This document shows, piece by piece, positions 1 to 10,454 of a stretch of 64,000 bases of DNA (the first letter of the stretch is position 1; each line of letters opens with the position of its first letter). Location: positions 11,210 to 75,209 of the forward strand of contig JAHFFW010000006.1 in NCBI GenBank assembly GCA_023247725.1, read 5' to 3'. The position numbers and the translations under genes were made by a program. The notes under the pieces were generated by a model. That model did not search any database. It was not told where the DNA came from and saw only the letters and a program-made list of their open reading frames with translations. This DNA comes from Candidatus Omnitrophota bacterium. Its GTDB lineage: Bacteria; Omnitrophota; Gorgyraeia; Zapsychrales; JAHFFX01.

Positions 1-1993
1 CATGCAATCGCCGGGCAAGATTGAGCGGGGTCTGTCCCCCAAACTGGACGATGAGTCCTTGCGGTCTTTCGACCTCGACGATGTTCATGACATCTTCGAA
101 CGTCAAGGGTTCGAAATACAGGCGATCGGAGGTATCATAATCCGTCGAGACAGTTTCCGGGTTGGAATTGACCATAATCGTTTCATATCCAAGCTCACGC
201 AAGGCAAACGCGGCGTGGCAGCAACAATAATCGAATTCAATTCCCTGACCGATACGGTTCGGGCCTCCGCCCAAGATCATAATTTTCTTACGCGGAGTCG
301 GGCTCTGACGATCCAGCCGTTCGTTGGTGATGAGGGCCTCATCCTCTGTTTCATACGTCGAATAATAATACGGCGTGTAAGCTTCAAATTCCGCCGCGCA
401 GGTATCGACGACTTTAAAAGTCGCATCAATCCCCAGTTCTTTGCGCAGCGCGGCCACGGTATCTTCTTTGGTCTTCATGATGACCGCCAGCTGAGCGTCG
501 CTAAATCCATACTCCTTTGCTTGCTGCAATAAATCCGGCGGAATATTTTTTTCATTCCGATACGCCTTCACCAATTCTTGTTCCAAATCAATGATCTGGG
601 CGATGTGACCGATGAACCAGGGATCAATGCGGCTCAACTGACAAATTTTTTCAATCGACCAACCCTTTTGCAGGGCATATTTGATATAAAAAATTCGCGA
701 GGCGTTGGGTTCTTTGAGCCGAAGCTCGATTTTTTCTTCGGGAATGGAATGAAAATCCTGTTTATTATCAAGACCCGTATGACCGATTTCCAAACCGCGC
801 AAGGCTTTTTGCAACGCCTCTTTGAATGTGCGGCCAATCGCCATAGTTTCTCCGACGGACTTCATCGATACGCCCAAAATATCTTTGGCCTCAGGGAATT
901 TTTCAAAGGTGAAGCGCGGGGCCTTCACCACACAGTAATCAATGGTCGGTTCAAAGGACGCCGGGGTTTCTTTGGTGATATCATTCTGAATTTCGTCGAG
1001 CGAATAACCCACCGCCAGTTTGGCAGCGAATTTGGCGATGGGAAAACCCGTGGCCTTGGAGGCCAGCGCCGAGGAGCGCGACACGCGCGGATTCATTTCA
1101 ATCACAACCATTCGTCCATTGGCGGGATTAACGGCAAACTGAATATTGCTTCCGCCGGTTTCGACGCCAATTTCACGGATGAGCGCGAGCGCTGCATTGC
1201 GCATGGCCTGATATTCTTTATCCGACAAGGTTTGAGCCGGAGCCACCGTGATGCTGTCCCCGGTATGCACGCCCATCGGATCAAGATTTTCAATCGAACA
1301 GACGATGACCACATTGTCCTTGTTGTCGCGCATGACCTCCAATTCGAATTCTTTCCAGCCTTCGATCGATTCCTCGACGAGGACTTCATGGATCAGGCTG
1401 CTTTCAATGCCTAGCGAGGAAATGCGTTCCAGATCTTCAACATTAGTGGCAATGCCGCCGCCGGTTCCGCCCAGAGTGTAACTGGGTCGGATGATGACCG
1501 GAAATCCAATTTTCTTCGCTTCTTGTCGCGCCTCTTCCACGCTATGGGCAAAGGAGCTGCGCGGGACATCGAGCCCGATCTTAAGAACGACGTTTTTAAA
1601 ACATTCCCGATCTTCCGCCTTCTTGATGACGTCATAGGTCGCGCCGATCATCTTGACATGATATTTTTCCAGAACCCCTCGCTCACAGAGCTGCATGGCG
1701 ATATTGAGCGCGGTCTGGCCGCCGAGCGTGGGTAAAATGGCGTCGGGCTGTTCTTTCTTGATAATCTGCTCGACAAATTCCGGCGTCAATGGCTCGATGT
1801 AGGTGTGGTCGGCGATTTCCGGATCGGTCATGATCGTCGCCGGATTGGAATTGACCAACACAATTTCAAAGCCTTCCTCCTTAAGCGCCTTGCAGGCCTG
1901 GGTCCCGGAATAATCGAATTCACAGGCCTGACCGATGACAATCGGCCCGCTTCCGATGAGGAGGATTTTTTTGATGTCGGTTCGTTTAGGCAT
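1..1993 (-). CDS. carB: Carbamoyl-phosphate synthase large subunit (5' part; runs off the window)
   Basis: Not in the ORF track because no stop falls in the window. Read by hand from the ATG at 1993: [41 protein letters not shown], the canonical CarB N-terminus. Lies downstream of carA. Confidence 0.97.
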   Translation of the reverse strand, partial: MPKRTDIKKILLIGSGPIVIGQACEFDYSGTQACKALKEEGFEIVLVNSNPATIMTDPEIADHTYIEPLTPEFVEQIIKKEQPDAILPTLGGQTALNIAMQLCERGVLEKYHVKMIGATYDVIKKAEDRECFKNVVLKIGLDVPRSSFAHSVEEARQEAKKIGFPVIIRPSYTLGGTGGGIATNVEDLERISSLGIESSLIHEVLVEESIEGWKEFELEVMRDNKDNVVIVCSIENLDPMGVHTGDSITVAPAQTLSDKEYQAMRNAALALIREIGVETGGSNIQFAVNPANGRMVVIEMNPRVSRSSALASKATGFPIAKFAAKLAVGYSLDEIQNDITKETPASFEPTIDYCVVKAPRFTFEKFPEAKDILGVSMKSVGETMAIGRTFKEALQKALRGLEIGHTGLDNKQDFHSIPEEKIELRLKEPNASRIFYIKYALQKGWSIEKICQLSRIDPWFIGHIAQIIDLEQELVKAYRNEKNIPPDLLQQAKEYGFSDAQLAVIMKTKEDTVAALRKELGIDATFKVVDTCAAEFEAYTPYYYSTYETEDEALITNERLDRQSPTPRKKIMILGGGPNRIGQGIEFDYCCCHAAFALRELGYETIMVNSNPETVSTDYDTSDRLYFEPLTFEDVMNIVEVERPQGLIVQFGGQTPLNLARRLH

Positions 1994-1997
1994 CGCT

Positions 1998-2364
1998 TAA
2001 CGTGGGACGTTGGACGTTCGCTCGCTAGGGCGAAAGACGCGGTTGATGTAATTCACAAAAAGATTCCACCTTTTTTTCCATCGTGGAAAGCATGGCAAAA
2101 ATATGCTCGTATTTTTCATCTAAATTGACTTCACGGGGAATTTTCATCGTCGGGGGTTACAAATTACCGCGACGATTCACGCTTCACGAAGGACGCCACG
2201 TCTTAGCACCTCGTATCTCGCGAAGCGTATCTCATCTTACCGGTTATCCGGCAATCTGGTAATTCGGAAATGATGACCCGGGTATCCGGATTCCCATTTC
2301 CGACGTCCCACGTCCAAACGACCTTGCGCTCTAGCGAGGAGTGAACGTCCTACGTCCCACGTTT
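1998..2364. repeat. MITE/REP-like composite element with ~40 bp imperfect terminal inverted repeats built on ACGTCC(C/T) heptamers
   Basis: Left arm aacgtgggacgttggacgttcgctcgctaggg; right arm read on the minus strand aacgtgggacgtaggacgttcactcctcgctagagc. A related pair occurs at 57767-57967. Confidence 0.75.
2126..2171. repeat. ~45 bp palindromic dispersed repeat, copy 1
   Basis: tgacttcacggggaattttcatcgtcgggggttacaaa matches the copies at 5401 and 14724. Confidence 0.8.
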
Positions 2365-3447
2365 ATGAAGCTCCATCATCTCAATAAACTGCCTAAACAA
2401 ATACTGCGCATCCTCAGGACCCGGCGCGCTTTCCGGATGGTATTGAATGGAGAACATCGGGAATTTCTTGTGCCGCAGGCCCTCGACGGTATGGTCATTG
2501 AGATTAACATGCGTAATTTCCACATCAGCCGAATTAAGGCTTTTGAGGTCCACACAAAATCCGTGATTCTGAGAAGTGATGCCGATGCGGTTGGCCGGCA
2601 TGTCGAGAACGGGATGGTTAGCCCCATGATGACCAAATTTCAATTTATAGGTCGAGCCGCCCAACGCCAATCCCAAAATCTGATGCCCTAGGCAAATGCC
2701 AAAGACCGGAACTTTGCCCAAGGCCTGCTGCACCGTCTCGATGACATACGTCACGACCGCGGGATCGCCTGGACCATTGGACAAAAATAATCCGTCGGGA
2801 TTAATGCTAAGAATTTCTTTTAAACTGGCCGTGGCCGGAAAGACATGAATTTCACAGCCTAGACTCGCGAGGATTCGGAGAATATTGAATTTAATACCGC
2901 AATCGATCGCAGCCACCCGAAAATGCATCGTTCCCTGCGCCGGCCAGACGTATTTCTCTTGGGTCGTGACGCTTTTGACCCAGTCATAACCGACCATATC
3001 CGGGACCGCCTTCATTTTTTCCGCCAGTGATTGCGGATCAAAATCTTCCGTCGAAATAAGACCCTTCATCGCGCCAAACAAACGCAAATGCCGGGTGAGG
3101 GCGCGGGTATCGACTCCCTCGACGGCCATAATCTTATTTTCGTTCAAATAGTCGATGAGGCTTTTGGTGGCGCGGAAATTAGAATGGTGACGACAAAATT
3201 CCTTGACGACAAAGGCCTTAACATGGATCTTTTTAGATTCGATATCTTCGGAATTGATGCCGTAATTCCCAATCAAGGGATAGGTCATGACCACGATTTG
3301 CCCGGCATAGGAAGGATCGGTGAGAACTTCTTGATAGCCGGACATGGAGGTATTAAAGACAACTTCTCCGGCGGTCTCACTGGTTGTCGCTAATGACTTT
3401 CCGATGAAGGATTTGCCATCTTGCAGATACAGAATCGCTTTTTTCAT
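2350..3447 (-). CDS. carA: Carbamoyl-phosphate synthase small subunit
   Basis: GEVVFNTSMSGYQEVLTDPSY, LSNGPGDP, FGICLGHQ and QYHPE motifs. ATG at 3447 chosen as start. Confidence 0.97.
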   Translation of the reverse strand: MKKAILYLQDGKSFIGKSLATTSETAGEVVFNTSMSGYQEVLTDPSYAGQIVVMTYPLIGNYGINSEDIESKKIHVKAFVVKEFCRHHSNFRATKSLIDYLNENKIMAVEGVDTRALTRHLRLFGAMKGLISTEDFDPQSLAEKMKAVPDMVGYDWVKSVTTQEKYVWPAQGTMHFRVAAIDCGIKFNILRILASLGCEIHVFPATASLKEILSINPDGLFLSNGPGDPAVVTYVIETVQQALGKVPVFGICLGHQILGLALGGSTYKLKFGHHGANHPVLDMPANRIGITSQNHGFCVDLKSLNSADVEITHVNLNDHTVEGLRHKKFPMFSIQYHPESAPGPEDAQYLFRQFIEMMELHKRGT

Positions 3448-3543
3448 GTGAAGCACCTACGGAGGGCGTTAACCGTCAGGCAAAAAGAAGGGGATTTTAT
3501 AAAACCCAGGCGGTTAGGGAAGAAAAACTTCCAGGCCCCCAGC

Positions 3544-3571
3544 ACTATAACATTGGGCAATCTTTTGTCAA
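3544..3571 (-). promoter_or_regulatory. Putative sigma70 promoter of carAB
   Basis: TTGACA-N16-TATAGT with a TGn extension. Confidence 0.6.
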
Positions 3572-3615
3572 GCCTTATCAAAGTGAAAATCTTCCCAATA
3601 TTCTATTTTTCAAAA

Positions 3616-3882
3616 CTAAATCCCTTTTTCAGCCACTGGTTTACCCTGGCCTGAGCGAATTCTTTCTTTTTCGGTTTTTCGGTCGGCGATTGTCAGCATG
3701 ATGATCATGGCGATAATCCAAATAAACATGAGGATCGTTGGAACAGCAAAAAAAACCGCCAGCGCCAGCATTTTGTCTTTTTTCAAGGCAAACAGTGTGC
3801 CCGCGATCCAACCCACGACCCCGACAATGATCAAACCTAGCATAATCTGATTGCTCATAGATTTTCTTTTAGGCAAACTCAA
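3616..3882 (-). CDS. Small hypothetical membrane protein (2 TM)
   Basis: Two hydrophobic segments and a basic tail. Abuts the glpD stop; the start may be the ATG at MSNQIM. Confidence 0.65.
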   Translation of the reverse strand: MSLPKRKSMSNQIMLGLIIVGVVGWIAGTLFALKKDKMLALAVFFAVPTILMFIWIIAMIIMLTIADRKTEKERIRSGQGKPVAEKGI

Positions 3883-5393
3883 ACCACGCCTGTCTCATTT
3901 CTATTTTTTACGAATTCTTCTATGACCCGGCGACATTGGCCCGTCGGGCATTTTCGATATCCGAGTGAAAGTCGCCGCCAGATGATATCCTCGGCCTTTT
4001 GAGCCATTTCCACGTTCAAGGCATATACAATCTGCGCCTTAATTTCCATCCCACAGTCGCAAATCGATTCTTTGAGGTGGGAATCTTTTTGAATAAAGTC
4101 CAGAACGTTTCGATACCGGATCCCGTATCGATCCATTAAGGATTGAACCACGGCCGGGGAAAGACCGTAAGAATGAGCGACTTCGGCCGCTTGTTCCTTG
4201 ATGGGACCGCTCCCATACAAAGGGTAATCCATTTTTCTGGATAAAGGCTGTTTGAATATCTTCTCCAATGTCTCCAGCGCCATAACCCGATAGGTGGTGT
4301 ATTTCCCTCCGGCCAGGTAAACGATCCCGCCAAAACTTTCAAAGATGAGATGCTTCCGAGAAATCGCGGAAGGGTGCCCTTCTTCCCACACGAGGGGCCT
4401 TAACCCGGCAAAGGTGGTGATGATCTTGGCGCGCTCAAAATTGACATCCGGAAAAACCCGGGAGGATTCGCCAAGCAAGTATTCGATATCTTCCGACGAG
4501 GGCTTTACACTGTCCGGACTGGCGGAAAAATCAGTGTCGGTCGTTCCGATGAGGGAATGACCCATCCAAGGAATGATAAAAAAAACGCGGTTGTCCTGCC
4601 GGGATGGAATGAGTAATGCCCGTCGGGAAATCTGGCCTTCATAAACAATATGAACCCCTTTGGTCGTACGCACGCGCGGCCTGGCCTGAGGGTGTTCCAA
4701 AGTCAATAATTCATTGGTCCAGGGGCCAACCGCGCACACGATCTTCTTTGCCTTGATGAAAAATGTTTGGCCGCTCAGGGTATCCCGCGCCTTGACGCCC
4801 GTGGCCTTGCCATTCTCCTTGACAAAGCCGGTTGATTCGACATAGTTCGCGACGATAGCGCCTTGGGTCCGGGCACAAAGAATGTTTTCCAAAACCAACC
4901 GCGCATCATCCATCTGCGCGTCATAATAAATGACGCCGCCTTTTAATCCGGCCTTTTTTAATCCGGGTTCCAGCTGCAAGACCTCGTCGATCTTAAGGCT
5001 GCGATGCGGTCGAATCTTGTGGTTAAAACTCAAAAAGTCATATAAAAAAACGCCCAGCTTTAGCATCCATCCTGGACGGGCATCGTCTTCATAAATGGGA
5101 ATCAAAAATTCGAGAGGTTTAACCAAGTGCGGCGCACTTTTCAATTGGATGGAACGTTCACGCAGGGACTCGAAGACCAAATCGAATTCGCCGTGTTCCA
5201 GATAACGAATGCCGCCGTGGATGAGTTTGGTGGATTTGCTCGAGGTGCCGCTGCCAAAGTCATTTTTTTCAATAAGCGCAATCCTTTTGCCCATGCCCGC
5301 GGCCAAGTTCGCGATCGCGGCCCCATTGATCCCGCCGCCGATGATCAGAAGATCGAATGCGCCATTGTATAACGACGATATATCTCTTGGCAT
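3879..5393 (-). CDS. glpD: FAD-dependent glycerol-3-phosphate dehydrogenase
   Basis: IIGGGING, GTSSKSTKLIHGGIRYL, AGLRPL and GGKYTTYR motifs; adjacent to glpK. Confidence 0.93.
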   Translation of the reverse strand: MPRDISSLYNGAFDLLIIGGGINGAAIANLAAGMGKRIALIEKNDFGSGTSSKSTKLIHGGIRYLEHGEFDLVFESLRERSIQLKSAPHLVKPLEFLIPIYEDDARPGWMLKLGVFLYDFLSFNHKIRPHRSLKIDEVLQLEPGLKKAGLKGGVIYYDAQMDDARLVLENILCARTQGAIVANYVESTGFVKENGKATGVKARDTLSGQTFFIKAKKIVCAVGPWTNELLTLEHPQARPRVRTTKGVHIVYEGQISRRALLIPSRQDNRVFFIIPWMGHSLIGTTDTDFSASPDSVKPSSEDIEYLLGESSRVFPDVNFERAKIITTFAGLRPLVWEEGHPSAISRKHLIFESFGGIVYLAGGKYTTYRVMALETLEKIFKQPLSRKMDYPLYGSGPIKEQAAEVAHSYGLSPAVVQSLMDRYGIRYRNVLDFIQKDSHLKESICDCGMEIKAQIVYALNVEMAQKAEDIIWRRLSLGYRKCPTGQCRRVIEEFVKNRNETGVV

Positions 5394-5400
5394 AACAATC

Positions 5401-5447
5401 TGACTCCCCGGGGAGTTTTCATCGTCGGGGGCGACAAAACTTCCTCC
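5401..5447. repeat. ~45 bp palindromic dispersed repeat, copy 2
   Basis: tgactccccggggagttttcatcgtcgggggcgacaaaacttcc in the glpK-glpD spacer. Confidence 0.8.
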
Positions 5448-5455
5448 TCAACAAT

Positions 5456-6949
5456 CTACGGGAGTAAGGACTTCTTCACGGCTCTCTGCCAGCCTGCGTA
5501 CAAGGCGTTCTTTTTTGCCGCCGGCATGGACGGATGAAAAACGCGTTCGGTTTCAAAAAGTTTTTGCAAATCGCTTTTGCCCTGCCAAAGGCCAGCGGTG
5601 ACCCCGGCCAAAAAGGCCGCGCCCTGCGCGGTTGATTCCACGGTCTTGGGCCGGCGGATCCGGCAGTCCAAGATATCGGCCTGAAACTGCATGAGGAAAT
5701 TGTTTTTGCAGGCGCCGCCGTCGACATTGAGCTGCCGCAAATTTTTCCCGGATTCTTTTTGCAGGAGAGAAAAAACATCCTTTGTTTGGTAAGCGATGGA
5801 TTCCAGGGCCGCGCGGATGATGTGACGGACATTTGCTCCCCGAGTCAAGCCGCAGATCAGGCCGCGGGCTTGCGAATTCCAATAAGGCGCACCCAAACCA
5901 GTAAAAGCTGGAACAAAATAAACGCCTTGGGTATCGGACAATCCCTTGATCGCGGATTCACTATCGGCCGATTTTTGAATGACCTTGAGTTCATCGCGCA
6001 GCCATTGGATGACTGCCCCGGCGATGAAGACCGCACCTTCCAGGGCATAAACCGGTTGGCCGCGATCATCGCAGGCCAAGGTTGATAACAAACCATTTTG
6101 GGAGTAGATGAGTTTCTGGCCTGTATTCAAAACTAAAAAGCATCCGGTACCATAAGTATTTTTAACGCTGCCGGCTTCAAAGCAGCCCTGTCCGTAAAGC
6201 GCCGCCTGCTGGTCGCCCATCACCGCGGCAATGGGAATTCCCGACGGCAAACCCGCGACGCCGGCGGCGGTCTTGCCGAAGACGCTGCCGGAATGGCGTA
6301 CCTGCGGCAAGACCGCCGCCGGCACCTTCAATAATTTCAAGATCTCCTCGTCCCATTGGAACTTGCGGATATCAAAAAGCATGGTCCGCGAGGCATTGGT
6401 CATATCGGTCGCGTGGGACTGACCCCCGGTCAATTTCCAAATGAGCCAGCTGTCGATTGTCCCAAAACACAATTCGCCTTTTTGGGCCCGCACCCGCGCT
6501 CCTCTAACATGATCCAAAATCCATTGGATCTTTGTTCCGGAAAAATACGGATCGAGGACCAATCCCGTTTTTTTTCGAATCAGCCCGGCGTACGGTTTTA
6601 ATCCGGGGCTCTGACACATCGAAGCGGTCCGTCGGCATTGCCAGACAATGGCTCGATGAATGGGACGAGAAGTCCTTCGATCCCACACGACAGTCGTCTC
6701 GCGTTGATTGGTGATGCCGATAGCCACAATCATTTGGGGGGAAATTTTTGCGGCGCGGATGGCGTTCTTAACGACATTCTCACATGAGCGCCAAATTTCT
6801 TCGGCATCATGTTCCACCCATCCGGGCTGTGGATAATATTGGGGGAATTCCTGATAACTGCTGGAAATGATTTGTCCGCGGCGGTCAAAAATAAAGGCCC
6901 GCGAGCCGGTCGTTCCCTGGTCAAGGGCTAGAATATATTGATTTTTCAT
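5456..6949 (-). CDS. glpK: Glycerol kinase
   Basis: ALDQGTTGSR, GITNQRETT, WQCRRT, GDQQAALYGQ and KNTYGTGCF motifs. Confidence 0.97.
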   Translation of the reverse strand: MKNQYILALDQGTTGSRAFIFDRRGQIISSSYQEFPQYYPQPGWVEHDAEEIWRSCENVVKNAIRAAKISPQMIVAIGITNQRETTVVWDRRTSRPIHRAIVWQCRRTASMCQSPGLKPYAGLIRKKTGLVLDPYFSGTKIQWILDHVRGARVRAQKGELCFGTIDSWLIWKLTGGQSHATDMTNASRTMLFDIRKFQWDEEILKLLKVPAAVLPQVRHSGSVFGKTAAGVAGLPSGIPIAAVMGDQQAALYGQGCFEAGSVKNTYGTGCFLVLNTGQKLIYSQNGLLSTLACDDRGQPVYALEGAVFIAGAVIQWLRDELKVIQKSADSESAIKGLSDTQGVYFVPAFTGLGAPYWNSQARGLICGLTRGANVRHIIRAALESIAYQTKDVFSLLQKESGKNLRQLNVDGGACKNNFLMQFQADILDCRIRRPKTVESTAQGAAFLAGVTAGLWQGKSDLQKLFETERVFHPSMPAAKKNALYAGWQRAVKKSLLP

Positions 6950-6996
6950 AGAACGAGCCCAGAATCAATGATGAAATTATTGAATTGTCCTCGTCT

Positions 6997-7422
6997 TTAT
7001 TTTTCTTTATAACCGATTCTTTTCAACTGGTATTGATCTCCGGAAAAATAACGATTCAAACTCTCCAGATTAGACATGGCTTCCTTTATAAAATTTTGCA
7101 ATTCCTGGGTCGAGGCCGTCAAAACCATTTGCGGTGCATAGTCTCCCTCGGACACACGGTCATTGTTAATAATTTTAAAAGCGAGGTCGATTTTTCCAGA
7201 ATTCAATTCGTCTTGCAGAAGGGTATCACTCAATAAATTTAAGGTCAACCGAAAGGCCTGGACGAGGAAATGGATCTCGACTGGCTTAGACGGTTGCTGT
7301 TTCGAATTCCTTGTATCGCCCTTTAAAATGAGTTCCATGCTATGTCCGTCTAATTCTTTAAAAATGAACGTCGGAGGATTTTGGGTTCGATCAGGATCTG
7401 GCAAAAGCGAAACTTTCCTCAA
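6997..7422 (-). CDS. Hypothetical protein
   Basis: Open frame overlapping the upstream stop, in operon context. No recognised motif. Confidence 0.5.
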   Translation of the reverse strand: MRKVSLLPDPDRTQNPPTFIFKELDGHSMELILKGDTRNSKQQPSKPVEIHFLVQAFRLTLNLLSDTLLQDELNSGKIDLAFKIINNDRVSEGDYAPQMVLTASTQELQNFIKEAMSNLESLNRYFSGDQYQLKRIGYKEK

Positions 7423-7916
7423 CCCTTTGAATAGGAAATCTCTTCATAAATGCCCCAGCCGCCCCGCGGCCTGGGTCCCACCAAAAGCTCGAATGGGGCT
7501 GCATAATCCTTGTGCTGCCAGTGACGGGTGGCGTTGATGCGCACCTTGTCGCCTTCCATCCCATACGTCACATCCGAATAGTTGACATCTTCCATATTCG
7601 CTGCCGCCGCTGGCATGGTCACCGCCAACCGATCCGTATATTCATCCTTCGTTAGGAGAAATGCTCCTTTTTTTCCGTCAGGGTAAATGCGGATATTTTT
7701 GATGACTGCCTCGTCGGCATAAAGGTCGACGATGTCCGGTTCGAAGACGGCTTCCAATTGGATGTAGCGATGGAACAGGCGTTTTGCTTCTTCAATAGGG
7801 GTTTGCGGCGCATTTTCCGCAATCGCAGGAAGGGCCCAAAAAATGAATAGGAATAAAAATGAAAGAAGAAAATTTTCCCAGACACGAAACCGGATCCCAT
7901 CGCGCATCGCGATCAT
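7419..7916 (-). CDS. Secreted hypothetical protein, possibly NTF2-like fold
   Basis: Signal-peptide-like N-terminus; DLYADEAVI...WGIYEEIS pattern reminiscent of NTF2/SnoaL domains. Confidence 0.6.
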   Translation of the reverse strand: MIAMRDGIRFRVWENFLLSFLFLFIFWALPAIAENAPQTPIEEAKRLFHRYIQLEAVFEPDIVDLYADEAVIKNIRIYPDGKKGAFLLTKDEYTDRLAVTMPAAAANMEDVNYSDVTYGMEGDKVRINATRHWQHKDYAAPFELLVGPRPRGGWGIYEEISYSKG

Positions 7917-7926
7917 TCCCTTTTTC

Positions 7927-8481
7927 CTATGGCAATCCTAGACGCTGGCGGTTTTGCCGGTATTGCTCCTGTCCCAAGAATCGGTGCGCGAGTTGATCGG
8001 GGTTCTCCCCATTGTCGAAATCATATTCCAAGATGGCGACCAGCGTCATAATTTTATCAAAGGGATTACTCAACAACGGCGGGCTTTCCGCGGCCATGGC
8101 GTCAATCATGCCCACATAAAAAGTCGGCGGCTTTCTTATTTTGGTCCCTTGCCGGGCAAAAAAATCCACATAATGCGCCACGGTCATGACCTTGGCCTCG
8201 GGATCGGCAATAAGCATCCAGGCCTCGCTGGTTGTCTCGAATTGTTTCCATAACTCATTGATATCGACGACGTCCTCTATTTCCGATTCATCGACCCGGG
8301 GGGCGGCCTGGGGAGGGGCCTGTTGCCATTGCCTTTGCTGCATCTGCTGCTGAAGAAGTTTTTGCTGTTGTCCGGCGACCGCCTGTTTCTGTTTGGTCGC
8401 GGCGACTGCTCCGCCGGCCAGGATTTCGCCAGCGTAACCTAACATAAAAAATAAAACCATAAAAAAATTTATTGGTTTCAT
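7927..8481 (-). CDS. Secreted hypothetical protein with Gln-rich N-terminal segment
   Basis: Signal peptide followed by a Q-rich tract and a globular domain. Confidence 0.7.
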   Translation of the reverse strand: MKPINFFMVLFFMLGYAGEILAGGAVAATKQKQAVAGQQQKLLQQQMQQRQWQQAPPQAAPRVDESEIEDVVDINELWKQFETTSEAWMLIADPEAKVMTVAHYVDFFARQGTKIRKPPTFYVGMIDAMAAESPPLLSNPFDKIMTLVAILEYDFDNGENPDQLAHRFLGQEQYRQNRQRLGLP

Positions 8482-8540
8482 CAATGACCCACCGCCTGGG
8501 CATCCGGATAACCGGATGCCCTATGAACTAGGGATAGATT

Positions 8541-10250
8541 TTACGTCGACCGATCGAAAAAAAATATGAACCAATTCATTATAACAAAACCTCCGCAGAA
8601 AAAAGCGAAAATGTCACCGGTTTGCTGATAAAAAGTCTGGCTCTGTGTCACATAGGGAGTAAAAACTGCAAATCCGGCCTCATTGAGGCCTAAACCATTG
8701 TGCTCTTTGGAGTCAATCCATCCGTGCGGATCCACGGCGAACGTCCATCCGGAATTCGTCGCCTGCACGATCCAAAGGCGATTCTCCACGGCGCGCATGA
8801 TGGCTCCCTGAGCATGCAGCAGAAGAGCCTCGGGTCGCTTGAACCAGGCATCATTAATCATGACAATGCCAACCTCTGCCCCTTGTTGCGTGAGCGATCG
8901 CCAAAGTTGAGGATAAAGACTTTCAGAACAAATCCCCACGGCTAATTTTATTAATAGATCTTTCCTCAAAATCACCCTCTGTTGCCGGATGGAAAAAATC
9001 CCAAGACCTGTGCCCGAATGAAAACCAATGCCTTTGAAAGCAAAAATCTGCCGAAAAAAAGGAAAAAACTTGACCTGAGGTGCATATTCGCTAAAAGGAA
9101 TCAGATTCCTTTTCCGATAGATATTCAAAACCACGCTCCGCTTATTCAAAAGCACGGCACTATTATAATAGTGGCCCGCTTCCTTGATCGCCGCTCCGAC
9201 GAGGAGATGAGTCCCGATTTGCTGGGTGATCGCTCCGACCCGTTCCCGCAATTCAAAGTCCTTAAGAAAATCGTCGGGGATAGCGGTTTCTGGCCAGACA
9301 ACCAAATCCGGCCGCTCCGTCTTTAGGCACATTTGGGTCAGATGGATGTGCTGTGCGATCACCTCTGACAAAAGCTCTTTTTGCCATTTGACTTGTGGGT
9401 CGATATTCGGCTGAATGCAGCAGATTTTATAAAAATGGGGGGGGCTTTCTCCAAACGATCGAGTCAGCGAATGGACCGCATCAAAAGACAAAACCGTCAA
9501 CAAGGCCAACGCGGCTGTGGCATAAAAATACGGTAAAACCCGACGACCGGCTGAAGCAGGAACAGCATGTTCTTTCCATCGCAGGTTAAGAGCCCGAAAT
9601 AAACAGTAATTGAAGGTGATCAAAACAAAGGAAATTCCGTAGGATCCGGTTCGGTCAGCGATTTGGACGCTGAAGGGGAAAAATGCCTGAGAATATCCAA
9701 TGGTCCAGGAAAATCCGCCCAGATACCACGAACGAAAAAACTCCGTCACCACCCAGAGCGCGCCCGGATAAAAGAGATCGGCAATCCAGACCCCGACGAA
9801 AAAAAAATATTCTTTCCATCCCCGCCTTTCCCGCGCTGGCCAGGGCAGAATTTGAGTCCGAAAAAAAAGGCAGAATAAAATCGGCTGCAGGGCAAACAAA
9901 CCAACCAAGGCCAGAAAGCCCATGACATTGAGCTCGAGAATCCAATTCCACAGTAAGGCAAACGCGGCCCAGCCAAAAAGTACACCCACCTTGAAATGAT
10001 TCAACCGTGAATGGCCCGAAAAAATTTTTTCTCGATTCGTTTTTATCCATGAGCGGAAATTTTTTGGTTGACCCCTCGGAAAGATCTTTTCTCTATAAGG
10101 GCCATTCTCCAGACTCCAAAAAAGTGGCAGGGCAAAAATCCAGGCCAATGGCCAGAATCCAAAAGGATGGATAACATTGGGGAATGATAAATAAAGAAGA
10201 AAAGCGGAACAAACACTCAACGCGGCGTTCCGGAAAAAATTTGTAGGCAT
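8541..10250 (-). CDS. lnt: Apolipoprotein N-acyltransferase
   Basis: Multiple TM segments plus a CN-hydrolase domain: IQPNI, VVWPETA, YYNSA, KRNLIPFSEY, ICSES, RAVEN. Confidence 0.92.
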   Translation of the reverse strand: MPTNFFRNAALSVCSAFLLYLSFPNVIHPFGFWPLAWIFALPLFWSLENGPYREKIFPRGQPKNFRSWIKTNREKIFSGHSRLNHFKVGVLFGWAAFALLWNWILELNVMGFLALVGLFALQPILFCLFFRTQILPWPARERRGWKEYFFFVGVWIADLFYPGALWVVTEFFRSWYLGGFSWTIGYSQAFFPFSVQIADRTGSYGISFVLITFNYCLFRALNLRWKEHAVPASAGRRVLPYFYATAALALLTVLSFDAVHSLTRSFGESPPHFYKICCIQPNIDPQVKWQKELLSEVIAQHIHLTQMCLKTERPDLVVWPETAIPDDFLKDFELRERVGAITQQIGTHLLVGAAIKEAGHYYNSAVLLNKRSVVLNIYRKRNLIPFSEYAPQVKFFPFFRQIFAFKGIGFHSGTGLGIFSIRQQRVILRKDLLIKLAVGICSESLYPQLWRSLTQQGAEVGIVMINDAWFKRPEALLLHAQGAIMRAVENRLWIVQATNSGWTFAVDPHGWIDSKEHNGLGLNEAGFAVFTPYVTQSQTFYQQTGDIFAFFCGGFVIMNWFIFFFDRST

Positions 10251-10454
10251 ACGCCGTGTATCTTAAAGGAACTTGGCTGGCTTTTCCAGAAGCGTTTTAC
10301 CCCGCCTGAAACGCAAAATCTCTTCGAGATTTTACCCGGCGGCCCTTCGGGCGGATTTTGCTTTGCAAAATCCGGGTTTAACAAAGTGGCCAGATGATCA
10401 CCGTCGGAGGGAAACGGAAAGCTGATCATCTTTGGCCCAGGAAGCTCGGAGGTT

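Noticed and set aside
2-2128. Long plus-strand ORFs (2-532, 578-1414, 1805-2128)
   Set aside because: They are antisense shadows of carB, which the ORF track missed because its stop is outside the window.
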